This document shows positions 13,201 to 25,816 of a stretch of DNA of 64,000 bases, in pieces. Every line of letters starts with the position of its first letter. Positions within the stretch are counted from its first letter, which is position 1. Both the position numbers and the translations under genes were made by a program. Under the pieces are notes generated by a model, which worked only from the letters and a program-made list of their open reading frames with translations, ran no database searches and had not been told where the DNA came from. Origin of the DNA: Trichosphaerium sp. ATCC 40318 (Eukaryota > Protista > Tubulinea); the NCBI GenBank assembly GCA_038496445.1, contig JALMLS010000571.1:83191-147190 (forward strand), read 5' to 3'.

Positions 13201-13524
13201 GTCTCCTTCACTCCAATCACTATCCCAAGAGGCCTACTGCGCGTTAAGAAGTGTTTTTTCGGAGTACAAACTCGTTTTGGTGTAAGAACTTGTATAGGAC
13301 AAGTAGAAAATTGCAGTTTAAGGTGAGGACACTGTTTAGCCCGCGACGAGCGTTTTAAGGTTTTTTACTGCGTACGTTACTAGCGGCTCTCATAGGCCGC
13401 ATTTGCTCTTCCTCTAGGCTATTGTAGTTAATACAACATGTACGTTAGTAATCGTGAAAAGTACAATTACTGGTATTTGTTCGCACCTTGCACTCCTACT
13501 ACGCGTAGATGAACTCGTGCTCAT
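10271..13524 (-). CDS. Prm1-like multipass plasma-membrane fusion protein (5' exons above about 13230 uncertain)
   Basis: KYIGSRWADSRVFW..LLTLL; ETCTSMEVAVSNV; FNSYICAY; second hydrophobic pair ...FLEYISWPAAVMIIMLAIL; KWTDEFN; AQCILGVETILEVLTYMANNL; final TM LLFAYVLLGYGLSIVLVGII. Motif order resembles fungal Prm1. Confidence 0.7.
12036..12240 (-). repeat. Coding Pro/Thr-rich tandem repeat (PTTEAP x4, about 24-nt unit), mucin-like
   Basis: VPTTEAPTVPVAPTTEAPVVPTTEAPAVPTTEAPAVPTTTAPTTAAP in ORF 11806-12324. Confidence 0.9.
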
Positions 13525-13734
13525 ACTAGAACCTTAGATGTATTAACTTGGAGAAAAAGCACTAATTAACTATCACTCAGTTTAAAATATGATGGTCCAC
13601 ATTTTTCTGTGCACAAATTAAATGTTCTACAGTCCAGTTTGTAGTCTTTTTACCAGTTTTTTTTTCCGCTCTTACCCGATATGGAACTTTTTTTTTGGTT
13701 ATGGAAAAAGTAGAATTCTGAACAATAACTGCTT

Positions 13735-15029
13735 TTAAAACACTGTTCTTATTGTGTCATAGTTATTTACAAGTTCGCGCAACATTTTAGCCACGTGTGG
13801 AACATTTTCTTGAATCTCTTGTTTCGTTGTGGAGCCTACCATCAAAGGTCCAAAAATAATTACTAAAGCAGCCAAAGAGTTGCTAGAATCGTCAATATTG
13901 CACAAAGCGTGTATTGTTGCTACTACACTCAGCAAAACAACGCGATTGTAGGCATCAATAGTGTCTAGGAATTGCTTCATAAACGTGGAGAGTGACATGT
14001 CAACCTTGTTTGTAACAAACGTTGTAAAATATGTCAACATGCGAAGAGGAATGATTGGTTCTCCCAATATCAGGAATTGTTTCAATACAGCTGCTACAGA
14101 ATGCACTGAATATTGACTCAGTTGTAAGTTAGCTGATTGAAAAAAACCTGTTAGTAAGGTGCCAAAGTACTTTGGTATAAGCGTACGTTTTGTGTGGTAT
14201 ATTTGCAATAGCTCAACTACTTCGCGATAACTAGTTACTATTAAATCAAAATCCTACAACGAGATGATCAGGCGTACACCCCAGGTTTTATAAACAAGCT
14301 TTCTGTACTGGCTAAGAACTACTTAGAAAGGGCGAGTACTATTAACACGAGGAAGCATACCGTGAGATTGTAAGTGAGCAAACAAACGGGTATAGTCATT
14401 TCCTTTATTCGGTTGAAGCGGTGGTACACCCACCTGTGGTTCGACTCTGGGCTAATCAGTTTGTTAACATGGCTTGCTTATTGCAACAGAGTAAATAACA
14501 AACCTTGAAGAATCTGGACTTGCTGAGTACTAGGACAGTGTCAGGTAATTTTATCATTTTTCTTTGACTTAAAAATCGTACGTGATTTGACATGACTGAC
14601 AGCGTTTGCAGGCTCCTTTATAAAAGTTGGTCTATTATTAACCTTTGGTGAACCAGCTGCAACTGCCTTTGTTTGAATTATATAGTATTGAGCTCTTGCA
14701 TTGAATGCCCTGTTTTTGAAGATTAAATACAAATAAGTAAAAGAAAAAGCAAGAAATCAAATACTCACTTTTCTGGATGCACTTCTACCTTAAGATATCC
14801 AGTTGCAACGCCATTATATGTGCTGTTTCCGAGGCTGGGATTACTAAACTTGAACGTTACTGTACTATGCCCTAAAGAGAGGATTTAGTTTGTAAACCCC
14901 TTCTTTTTTTGGAACAAACAATCAAAATGACCACGTGGTCTTGTAAAACGTACTTTTTCTGCTTATATCGAATGTTTGATATGTAACTACTCCTCTACAT
15001 CCAGAATCGATTTCAGGGTGAGCAGGCAT
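13735..15029 (-). CDS. RhoGAP-domain protein with the arginine finger replaced
   Basis: HLQSHASTESLFIKPG...HSVAAVLKQFLILGEPIIP...LAALVIIFGPLMV; ATG 15029; 3' end may extend. Confidence 0.72.
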
Positions 15030-15451
15030 GACCCCAAATCTAATTGTCGTTTGTCACACAAATTTGGGAATGCGAAAACGTACTCCACAGATGTATTCTG
15101 AGGTATTGATTGTGGTGGCGGACGAGACCATTTACTCTACATTGTATTAGTGTTTACACGGTTTCAAAGTCGATAAATATGTTGAAGCCGCGTTGTTTAT
15201 TCTAGTGGCGCTTTTTTGAGTACCGTTTGGGTTTCTGTTTTAGAAATTAATTCAAATGATGATGGCGTTGTGTTCAATACGCTCACTAGCACGCTCCGAT
15301 ACTTTGTAGTGGCATGATATGTTCGCCAGTCGTCCTCTTGCATATTACGGCCAAGGAACTGCTGCGCAGCGTCAAGGCGTGGTGTAGACGTGCTGGGTAC
15401 AGCTACAGGTACTTAAAATGGTGTTAAGTACAATACAGAAAAACAGCACAG

Positions 15452-16915
15452 ATGGCGGAGCAAAAACACCACAAAACACCTTTACAAATACTAGAGGAGA
15501 AGGATTTCGTATATGTACAAGCACCTATGGTGCGCTACTCCAAGTAATAATCGTTGAATACCATAAATACTAAACAAACGGCGTGTAGGCTCCCATTTCG
15601 CCTTTTATGTAAACGGTAGGGATTCTTAATTTACAGTGTGGGAATAACAAGCCTAGATGGGGTGCTGACATATTGTATACACCAATGATAGTCTCACAGG
15701 ACTTCCTACGCGTGCGTTACAATGAAATAACAAGATAAACGGAGTAATATGACAATAGAGCCCACAAGCGAGAAAATTCGAATTTACATCGAATAAATGC
15801 ACGTAAACCACTTTTAACCATAATTGACACTGACAGATGATCATCCGTTGGTAGTACAACTAGCAGGGTCGTCAGCACATGACGTCGCTACAGCAGCAAC
15901 GTATCTTGCAGAGTACGTAGTGTTGTTTCTATCCTGGAATCTATTAACATCCTTATTAGCTACTGTGATGCCATTGATATCAACTGTGGCTGCCCACAAC
16001 AATGGGCAATAGATAAAGTAGAATCAATGACGCTCCAACATTTCATTAACATACCATCGGATAGGGTTATGGATGTGGCATGTTAAATGATCCAGAGAGA
16101 ATTAAAGAAACAGTGCGCCTTACAAAAGAGATGTCCGGACTCCCATGCTCTGTAAAGATTAGAATACAACCGGATCTCAAGCACGACATGTTAAGTGTAT
16201 GGCAATCAATACTAACACTAACGGTAGAGACACTGTAAATCTAGTTAAGCAAGCTGAGAGCGCTGGCGCAGCTTGGATAACTGTACATGGACGCACAGTG
16301 GAGCAACGTGGAGATACACCAGTCAATTATGAGGCAGTAAAACTTGTACAATTTATTTGGAAGTGGATCATTACTTTGTAACAATAACAATAGGTTAAAG
16401 ATTCAGTATCTGTCCCAGTTATAGGCAACGGACATTGTTTTAATCTGCAGGTTTGTTTATTTAATACAGATGAGTGCTAATGCTAATTACAGGATGCAAA
16501 AATTTGGAAGGAAAAGACTGGAGTTGATGGTAAGAAAATTTTGTTAAGAAAAATTGTTTACACGTGTTAGGTGTGATGGCTGCAAGAGGTCTTCTTCACA
16601 ACCCAGCTCTTTTTGCCGGTCATAAAATAACACCAAAGAAGTGTATAGAAGAATTTGTAGACTTGTCACTGAGCTATGGGATGCGCAATGACCTGTTTCA
16701 TCAACACTTAATGTTCATGCTCTATTCGATTCATGGCAAAGTTGAAAAGTCAGTATTTAACAACTTACGTGCAGTGCCCAGCATGCTCGACTACTTTCAA
16801 AAACGAGACTATAAATTCGGTACGTAAAGGCTAATATGTATGTGGCACATCTCATGCGACTATAGACGAAGTGTCATTGACACATGAACAAATCTATCGC
16901 GCAACTTGGTCTTGA
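15452..16915 (+). CDS. DUS4L: tRNA-dihydrouridine(20a/20b) synthase
   Basis: VQAPMVRYSK, YTPMIV, DHPLVVQLAG, IDINCGCPQ, SVKIRI, WITVHGRT, PVIGNGD, GVMAARGLLHNPALF; stop either 16827 or 16915 (spliced). Confidence 0.9.
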
Positions 16916-17177
16916 TTGTTAATAGCCATAGCGAAAAACCACTATTGGCTATACCACAAAACTAGTGATGCAGGTCACAGTATTGGAATCACGACATGTA
17001 CTTTTGACTAAGGTGCATACCAGCGGTAGTTATTAAATTGTACAATAAACATTTGCTTCTGGCTTATCACCGGCCTCCTGTGAAATTAGCTCAATTTTGG
17101 TTAAAACCAGTGTTGACCTTAACCCGAAATTTTACGTCAATTATTTGAAAAATTACAGTACACCTTGAGCATACACC

Positions 17178-19658
17178 ATGAGCGTAATTAAAGCAATACG
17201 CGACTATGTCACAAAATTAGTGAGAACAGCGCATGGCATGAAAGTGTTGCTCCTAGATAATGAAACGGTACATAAATGCGTAAACGAATAATAACGACAG
17301 TTCTAATACAATTTTCAGACGGGCATTGTATCAATGGTATTTCCTCAATCTGAGATCCTACAAGAGGAAGTGTACTTGTTTGAACGTTTAGACACGCCAA
17401 ATCGCGAAGTAAGATTATTTTGCATTAAAGTCACTAAAAAGATACTAGATAATGGCACACTTGAAGGCTGTAGCGTTCCTGAGACCAACGGAAAAAAATA
17501 AAGAGTTACTTCGCAAAGAGTTGCGTAAACCAAAATACGGTCAATACTTTCTCTGTACGTCACCCCGCCATCACAACTAAACCAACAATAACGCCCACGT
17601 CACAACAAAAAAAAAAATACCGCTGACACTTCGTTAGTTTTCACCAACGTTCTCCCACCAAAATACTTGGAGGATTTGGCTGCCGCAGACGAACATGAAG
17701 TCGTAGAGGAGGTTCAGGAGGTATACGGTGACTACTTTGCCGTAAACCACGATACATTCACGCTAAACATGGGCCCTTGCATGTCCAGCAAATCCGCAAA
17801 TTGGCAGGCATGTCAAATTTTGAATTCAAACATCATTCCGTTGATTAACATTTTGTGCAGACGAACATGGCGCGAATAGTAGATGGACTCTCTGCCTGTT
17901 GCTTATCACTTAAATTGAAACCATACATTAGATTCACAAACTCGTCAGCTATAAGTAAACAAATTGCACAGGAGTTTAAACACAGGATGGAGTCTCAAAG
18001 GTCTTTGTTCAATTTTAGATCTCAAGGTACCTTTTTTTTTTTCTCTTATTGAAAACAAGTTGTATCTGTTATTTACTTTAAAAATGAATTGACTTGTGTA
18101 CATAGTTGGTACGCCGCCTGTCATGCTTTTATTCGACAGAAAGGAAGACCTAGTAACGCCGCTACTGTTGAACTGGACATACCAAGCAATGGTGCACGAA
18201 TACCTCACTATAGACAATAATCGTGTAGACATGAGAGGCCGTCCAGGCGTCCGCAAAGAATTAGAGGTACCTAGCAACCCAACAAACGAACTGGACAAAA
18301 AAAGAAAAAAAATCTATTTTGACATGTTGCTCACGTGATCTGTAGCAAATCGTGCTTTCTCCGACTCAGGATAGTTTCTACAAATCGAGCCTATACAATA
18401 ACTTTGGTGACTTGGGTATTTCAATCAAACAGTTGGTTGATGAATACGCTGAAAAGACGAAGATTAACCAGAATATTAAATCATTGGATGACATGAAAAA
18501 GTTTATTGAGAGCTACCCAGAGTTTAAAAAACTTTCTGGAAATGTATCAAAGCATATGGCAATTATGGAGGTCCTTCAAACACAAGTTGCTGATCGTAAG
18601 CTCCTCGATATTTCAGAATTGGAGCAGACACTTGCTTGCTCTCACGAACACGCTAAAGCGTCAAAGGTACAAAAAATTGGATGTCCCGTGAATGGATTTT
18701 GATTTGTTTTTTTTAGGCAATTTTTGAGCTTTTGGATAACCCAGCTATTGAGCCAAAGGACGCTCTACGGTGAGTAATACAGTGATATATATTTTTTTGG
18801 TAATGTTATTATTTTGTTGGCTGACATTGGGTGTAGTGTTGTTATGCTTTATGCGCTACGATTTGAGACACATGCGTCTTCCAATTTATCACAATTCATC
18901 AGTTTGTTGCAAAGCAAGAAAGGTCTATCTGATGTAGCTGTCAGGGTACGCATACCTCATTTTGATTAGCGTTATTATACTTATGATTACGGTCAGCCTG
19001 TGAGACATTTAATTCAATATGGCGGCGCAAAGAAGAGATCTGAGGATTTGTTCGAAAATAAAAATTGGATAAAGATCGCGAGAGGACAAATCAAGCGTGG
19101 ACTCTATGTGCGATCTTATTACTTCCACTTTCATCTCTGTAGACTCACATGTTTTTATAGGGAGTAACAAACATTTACACGCAACATACACCTTTGATTA
19201 AACGTGTAGTCCAAGGTATGTCCCATTAATTGAACACTTCGAGTCAAAGGGTAACCATTCGAACTAGATTTAATTAAAACTCGACTACGAGAATCGTTGT
19301 ATCCCTTCGCTCTTGGCTCTCCTACTAAGGATAAACCAGCAGATATTATTTTGTTTGTCGTTGGTGGCATCACATACGAGGTAATGATCCTTTTTCTACG
19401 CTACCGCACATGTTACATCACCATGTTGAATGAATCAAGTTCGAACCTTTTTTTAACGTGGAATTTTAGGAAGCTGCTGCGGTTCACGATTTGAACGTCG
19501 AAAACCCTAATGTAAATATCTTCATAGGCAGTACCACCATCTTTAACACTGAGAGGTACCTAAACACTTCATGACTTTTTGAGAATCCTGAATATCGTTT
19601 TACTCATTCTATTTGTAGTTTTATTGAACACCTGGAAGCCACAAGTAAAAGGGAGTAA
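17178..19658 (+). CDS. VPS45: Vacuolar protein sorting 45 (Sec1/Munc18 family)
   Basis: [76 protein letters not shown]. Confidence 0.96.
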
Positions 19659-20555
19659 ATTTGGAAGTGTGTACCCTTTTGTAAACCAGAACAAAAAAGT
19701 TTTATCAACCAAAATCTGTCAGTTGTATTGTTGCATCAAAAAATCCACGCATTGTGGATTAATACCAACTAAAGCCGTTGCATCCTTTGAAGAACATCTA
19801 CATTAAACGGTTTTGTAAATTTGCTCAAATTAAGAACGTGGCAGCAATCAAACTTGAAGAGACTTGTGTCCTACAATACGATCTGTAGTGAATAACCCAT
19901 TATCGTGCATTTGTCTCTTGTTATCTAGTCAGTCCCACGATGTGTTGTGTATAGCTGAAAAGTTATCGAATGTTGAAATAAGGAACTGGAGAAAACGTAA
20001 GACAATAAGAGAAAAAAACAGGATTTGGATGTGACAAATCTGCTATGCCACAGTTCACAAGAATGTGATGTGATTTTAGAGTGCAAAATCAGTATGAGAC
20101 GGTATCTTAAAGGCTTCCGTAAATGCATTAGAGAATGCTGAAAAACTGTTTAGTGGATATTTATTTGAAAATAAACACTCAAATCACTATATCCAAGCGT
20201 ATAAAGGAGTATCTATCTCCAAGCAAAGTAACGGTGAAGATAGTGCCGCGCCTTCAAACAATGAGGATCATCAAAAGCTTGCTCAAGAAGCAAAAGCGTA
20301 CACTGTTGCGGGTTCATCAGAGTTAACAGAGCTAATCTTGGTTTGCATAGCATTTGCTTCATTTCGCAGTTCATCAACGCCTTTCTCTTTCCTCGTTGCC
20401 TTTTTTCTGCGTGTTCTATCATTGTCCGTTCTATCAAATTGTGGGACAATTTGCAGGATAATTATCCCTAAAGTGGTATCCTTAATCCCATATTGATCCG
20501 TTTCATACTTGCTCAAAACAAGCGGTCAACCCGCCTTTTGCGAAGGCTGTTGCGA

Positions 20556-22683
20556 CTATTGCGCCATACGTTGCGGCATCATTACTTCTACATGCGTTTA
20601 ATGGTATTTTGAGGATAAGGCTTACCTTGAGTACTGGGAGCTAAGGCCCACGCAACACTAGCATGCTTCTTTCTTGGGATGACATGGAGTTTAATATCTG
20701 GCTTTTGCCTGTATATAAATTCGGCTAACTCCTCTGGGCTGGAATCCCACCAATACGGTATGGTGATCAAGGACAATCCTATCCAGGAATAGTCAAGGCG
20801 CGGCACTATATTGAGGCATAACAAAAATACCTGATTGTTTGCAAACAAAGTTTTTCTCCTGATCTCTCGCCTCATACACCCTTGAGGATGGTATGAACGG
20901 CATATTGTCCTTGTAGTGATGCTCACCTATTTTACTATTACTCAAATAGGGGCATGAGTGTATGTACTGAACCTTGGTATTCAAAAGCAAGGTTGTATCT
21001 TGGTACAAACACATCAATGAAGATTGGTGCTCCATTAGATGGTCTGTTGCCCATACAATGCTCTTCCTCTATTGACACGCCAGGAAGCACTCTGGACACC
21101 ATCTCGTATAATAGTCTTGTATAAATGAGTACATAAGACCTCATTGGATTAAAACGTGTTAGGTACCTTTGTTTTGCTTTTTTATTGCAATCAGAAAACT
21201 TAGCCCATTTCCACTTGTAGTCTGGGTGAAGGGCATTCAAGATGCGCGGAAAGTAAGCCATAATGCCACCTCCACCAACTGACTGTATTTGTTCCTGAGA
21301 TACACGGTACCTTGTAAGGAATTGTTAATATGGCTTATTGCAACGCTTGCGGCGAACCACGTGGATGGAGAATCAATCTTTAATGCTTTTTCAGCTCGCC
21401 GCATGAATCTTAACTGGTTTTTACGTCGACTCCAATAGTTTCTATTGAATCCAACATGGCCCCTGCTATAGTAACTATTAGTACGCAATAACTAATGGAT
21501 TTCTTTTGGTACTTGAATTGCCAAGTGTACGATGGATAAAGTGCCAACATAATGTTAGCCACTGAACTGTTGTATCTGAAACATTGGTCAACATACATAA
21601 AATAGAAAACTAGGATGATCACCTCTTCAAAATCGAAGCTCCTCCTGCTTGTGCTACTTGTTCGCCGTATACACCATGCCACCCATCCAGTACCTTTACG
21701 TCCAGTTCCTGAGCAATTCGTTCTATCTTCTGCCTTTGATGACCAAGATGATCCCAGTAACCAGCTGGCATATTCCTGTCCATATGAATAAGTGATACAC
21801 TTTGAAATTATCACGTGTACCGTGAGGGCCACAGATGACCTGGATATATCGAACGTAGAGCATCCAAAGCTGAGTAATTGTGCCTGTTGTTACAAATCAG
21901 TTGAATCATCACTCAGATGCATGACTTGCCTGTTTGGTGGGTGAACGCCACTATCTCCTGAAGCTGAAGTGATGATGTGGGCTGGTAAGCTAGTCCAATC
22001 GTCTAGTATCTTGACGTTGTGGTAGTGTCCCAAAACGTCCATGCGTTTTCTCTGATAGCCTCTAAGATCAGCAAATTCTTCAACGCGCCATGGGTTGTCA
22101 GGGTAGATTGTTTGAACAGCCACTGACAGCACACCACCGTACCTATCACGTGCTGTTAAACGCAAAAGGGTCATGCTTAAAAAAAGACTTGCTTGCTCGC
22201 TAATAGCCCACCAGCACGCTTGGCTATAGCCTTCTGGGAAGGTATTGTATACCAAGCGTCTAGCGTCTTGATTGACAATGACATTGCCAAACTGTCAAAA
22301 AAAGCCCTTTGGTTTGGCAACTCGTCCCAAAACCCATTAGGCACATATCTAATGGGCGTTACACAATTGCTGTCGTCACATTGTCTCACCTAAATTTCCA
22401 TCCAATCCACTCATAATTGGGAAAAATAGATCGTATGGCGTCGGAAACAGAACCTTTGTATCTACTATGTAAAAATGACATTCTGTTTAACTGCGCACTT
22501 TGTTACAAGTATCCCTCCGCCGCCAAAACGATTTAAATCAGCACAGGTACACCTATACCAATCTTCAAGGACCTTGTAGCGCAATAACTCCCCAACAGTT
22601 TCAAAACGTTTCCTTTGACTCTCAAGCGTATGCCAACGCTTCTCAGGCATTTCTTTAGCCCATAATCGCGCTGAAAAGCGCAT
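20556..22683 (-). CDS. Helical Trp-rich repeat protein with C-terminal RAP / PD-(D/E)XK-like domain, possible mitochondrial presequence
   Basis: Repeats of the form GFWD..NQR.FFD.L...L.I..LD.WY...GG.L...Y......L..YP...W; C-terminal IDVFVPRYNLAFEYQGEHHY...RDQEK...LITIPYWWD; N-terminus MRFSARLW. Confidence 0.75.
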
Positions 22684-22788
22684 AACAAGTGCGAGTAGTT
22701 GTTCAACAAACGCAACAAAAGTATTTTTTGTTTCAGTCAAAATTTGTATTTTTGTTGTTATTTTCTTTCTTTTACAACTTTTTTGGTC

Positions 22789-24379
22789 CTACAATAACAT
22801 TGTCTGTGGGTTAGCCAGGTAACCAGCCAACTTGCTCAAAAATTGTGCAGCCTCATCTGAAGTGACAGCACGACGATCACTTGATAAAGTGACTCTCATG
22901 TTAGTAAGCTGCTTTGGTTTTCCGTCCTCTCCAACAATCAATGTCTTCTTTGATCCGCCGACAGCCAAAATACATGCCTATTTTCTCGTCAATTACCGCC
23001 ACTGCCCTTACAAGGTGCCTTACCTGAGGGATATTGATTACTGCTGTAAACTCTGAGATACCAAACATGCCGAGATTTGATATGGTGAAGGTACCACCCT
23101 ATAAAAAGTGTTACAACCAATATTTATTCAACGAACTCGCTGGGTTTTTAGCGTACTTGGTACTCTGCAGGAGCGAGGGTACCTGCCTTTGCTTTACCAG
23201 CCAAAGTCTATACATACAATAAACGTTGTGCCATCAACAATAGTACAATACCTTGACCATCTGACCAATTTCACGTAAATTTTTGTGGTTTGTGTTAGGT
23301 ATGATAGGCGTAATCAATCCTCCGTCTGTTCACCCAGTTAATTTGCAAAAAACCAATTTATGACGTACCAATAGCGACAGCAACAGATACATCTACAGTG
23401 TCATATAACTTGGTCTTGGTTGTGTCGTCAGAAAAGGCAATAAAGACAAAAAGAAAATAAAGTACCTCTTTTGTTTTTTCATTAAAAGAAGCATTGACTT
23501 GAGGTACATCAGCAAGCGCCAAAGACGCTGCTTTAATAATGAAATCATTGAGAGATAATTTGACCTCTCCAGTTGCTATGTTCGTATGTATAAGCCACAA
23601 AGAATAATAGATGCAGGTGGGTACCATTGATAGCTTTTCTGAAACTGAGAAGTTTGGAAATGTCAATATCTTGAGTCGTGTACTCATGTGGAACGGTGTA
23701 TCTGTCAAAGTGTCAAAAAGTTTTTTACGCTCAAAAGGCATGTACAAAAAATCGTACTTGGATTGTGTGAGCCTGTCAGCGATGACACGTCGCATTTGGG
23801 ATGTGTCCATGTCTTTGAACTGAAAAATGTGTTAAAGTTGCTCGTGCGCTGTTTTAACTGCACCTTTGGTTTCTTTCCAACTGGTTGACTGTGTTTTTGT
23901 TGTGTAGGTGTTGGTGCGGCCTATTATCGTTATAAGTAAATCAATGACCACTGTGGTCATAGAGTGTACCGATTTTGATGGTTTTGGCGCTGCAGCAGAT
24001 CCTCCGCCTACATACAGGTTATTCACCTCAAGCTCGAAAAGAACGGTACCCATACCTTGCAAGTACGCTAGGACGTCTCCTTTCAACAACATTCCTCTCT
24101 TTCCCGTTCCCGTTATTGCTGATGGTGCCAAATTGTTCTCAAAAAGTAGCCTGCGCACTGAAGGAAGTAATACTGGGCTGTTGGACGCGGTTGCATTTCC
24201 TACATGTATGTCACAAACTCGCCAAGCATTAAAAACCGCTACAATATGTTCATAAAGTTATAAATAAACGCACTCGTAGGTGTAGAGTGGAAATATTTGG
24301 ATGATTTACGTGAGTTTCTCTTCGCTGCAACACCACCACTGAGCTGTCTGGAAGCTACTCGTAGACCGCTTGTTAGCAT
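22789..24379 (-). CDS. PDHX: Pyruvate dehydrogenase E3-binding protein (protein X)-like, no lipoyl domain
   Basis: Presequence [13 protein letters not shown]; subunit-binding domain PSVRRLL...[16 protein letters not shown]; core domain [30 protein letters not shown]; active-site DHR reads DRR. Confidence 0.82.
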
Positions 24380-24505
24380 GGTAGGAGAAAGGCCCGCTAA
24401 TTAATGTTACGGCGAATGTTAAAGACTTTTTTTGGTTTTCACGCAACCTTTACACTAAACAACAGACCGAACAACACAAAGCAGAGAAACTAAGTTACGA
24501 CCGTT

Positions 24506-25624
24506 ATGAGTAGTAAAACTGCAAACAGGCACAAAAACAACAATTGCAACAGAACACAACAGTTTTAACTCTGTTGCGTTTGTAGAATATCCTCCAACCC
24601 ATTCCTTGATGTATCACCGCTTGATCTACAGCGTATCAAAACTACAGCTCAACCTATTGGAATCCAAGCCGGAGAAATATCATTTCCTTGCAAGGTACCA
24701 ACGGTTCATTGTCGGTTATTTTGTGACGTGATATTTTAAGGTTGTATTCGAAAAGCAAAAAGAAGACCGAATGCTCGTGTTAAATACTTCAGGTTGCGCA
24801 AACTGATATAAAATACTGTTTTATAACATAAAGTACACAGGAATTCGACTTTTGTGGCCTCGATCTCTAGTATGGACAACTTCACATAATTGCAATAACT
24901 TGTCATTTTTTAACGTTCATTTAGGAACAAATAAAGGTGTTCACGTGGACCAGAATATGGAGCTTCGATTTTAACATCCATAAATCTTTTCACTTTGTCT
25001 GGGCTCCACGAGTACGTTCTACCTAGATGGAACTACACGTAGCTCATCCAACTTTATAGGGAGGGGAACGGGAAGCATACACATTTAGGATGTACAATGA
25101 TAAAGATGTTAGTTAGTTTGTTGGTAAATCAATTGATTCTTACTGCCATTGTAGGTGGAAGAAATAAAGACCTACGTGGCTGAATTTGTTACAAAAGTGG
25201 TTCAAAAAAAGAATCCAGAAATAGGTACTGGGCGTGTTGCTATTGAGAGCGCTAAACAAAAGTACAATAGATGCAAAGGAGGTGGCAGAATCTTTAGGGT
25301 ACAATTTCTTTAACCTATGTTATCTGACTTGGAATAAGGCGAAAGAAACCAAAGTCTTCTCGATCACCTGGAGGCATACCTCCATTGAGTTTTAAAATAG
25401 AAAAAGCAAAGTCAGCACGGGTAATGTCAAAAACAAAGGACATATTAAAGTCTCCACGCATATTTCACCGTAAAAAGTCGCCTCGCGCACTCCCAGATGT
25501 CATGGAAGAGACACAAAACTTTCCACGAAGCCGCTCAATGGTGTACGTTAGAGCCAAAACAACAATCAATCGTATTAAACTTGTAAATAGGAGCGATGAC
25601 AGCGTGGTTGGCTTGGATATTTAG
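24506..25624 (+). CDS. Hypothetical protein with possible PH-like beta domain and Ser/Arg/Lys-rich tail
   Basis: Spliced reading FPCKVVFEKQKEDRMLVLNTSGIRLLWPRSLEQIKVFTWTRIWSF; SPR repeats near the C-terminus. Confidence 0.5.
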
Positions 25625-25816
25625 ATTAAGATATGGATTGCCTATCCAAAAAAAGATAAAAACTTGTTGTAAATCCGTTTGGTTTAATGTTACAATAAAC
25701 AAACATGTATGTAAGTATGATGTATATAAACTATACTCTTTGGAGGAAAAGACGCTTCTCATCATCATTGTCAAAATGTGGTACAAATTTGATCTAGATA
25801 TTGAAAACAGTTTAGT

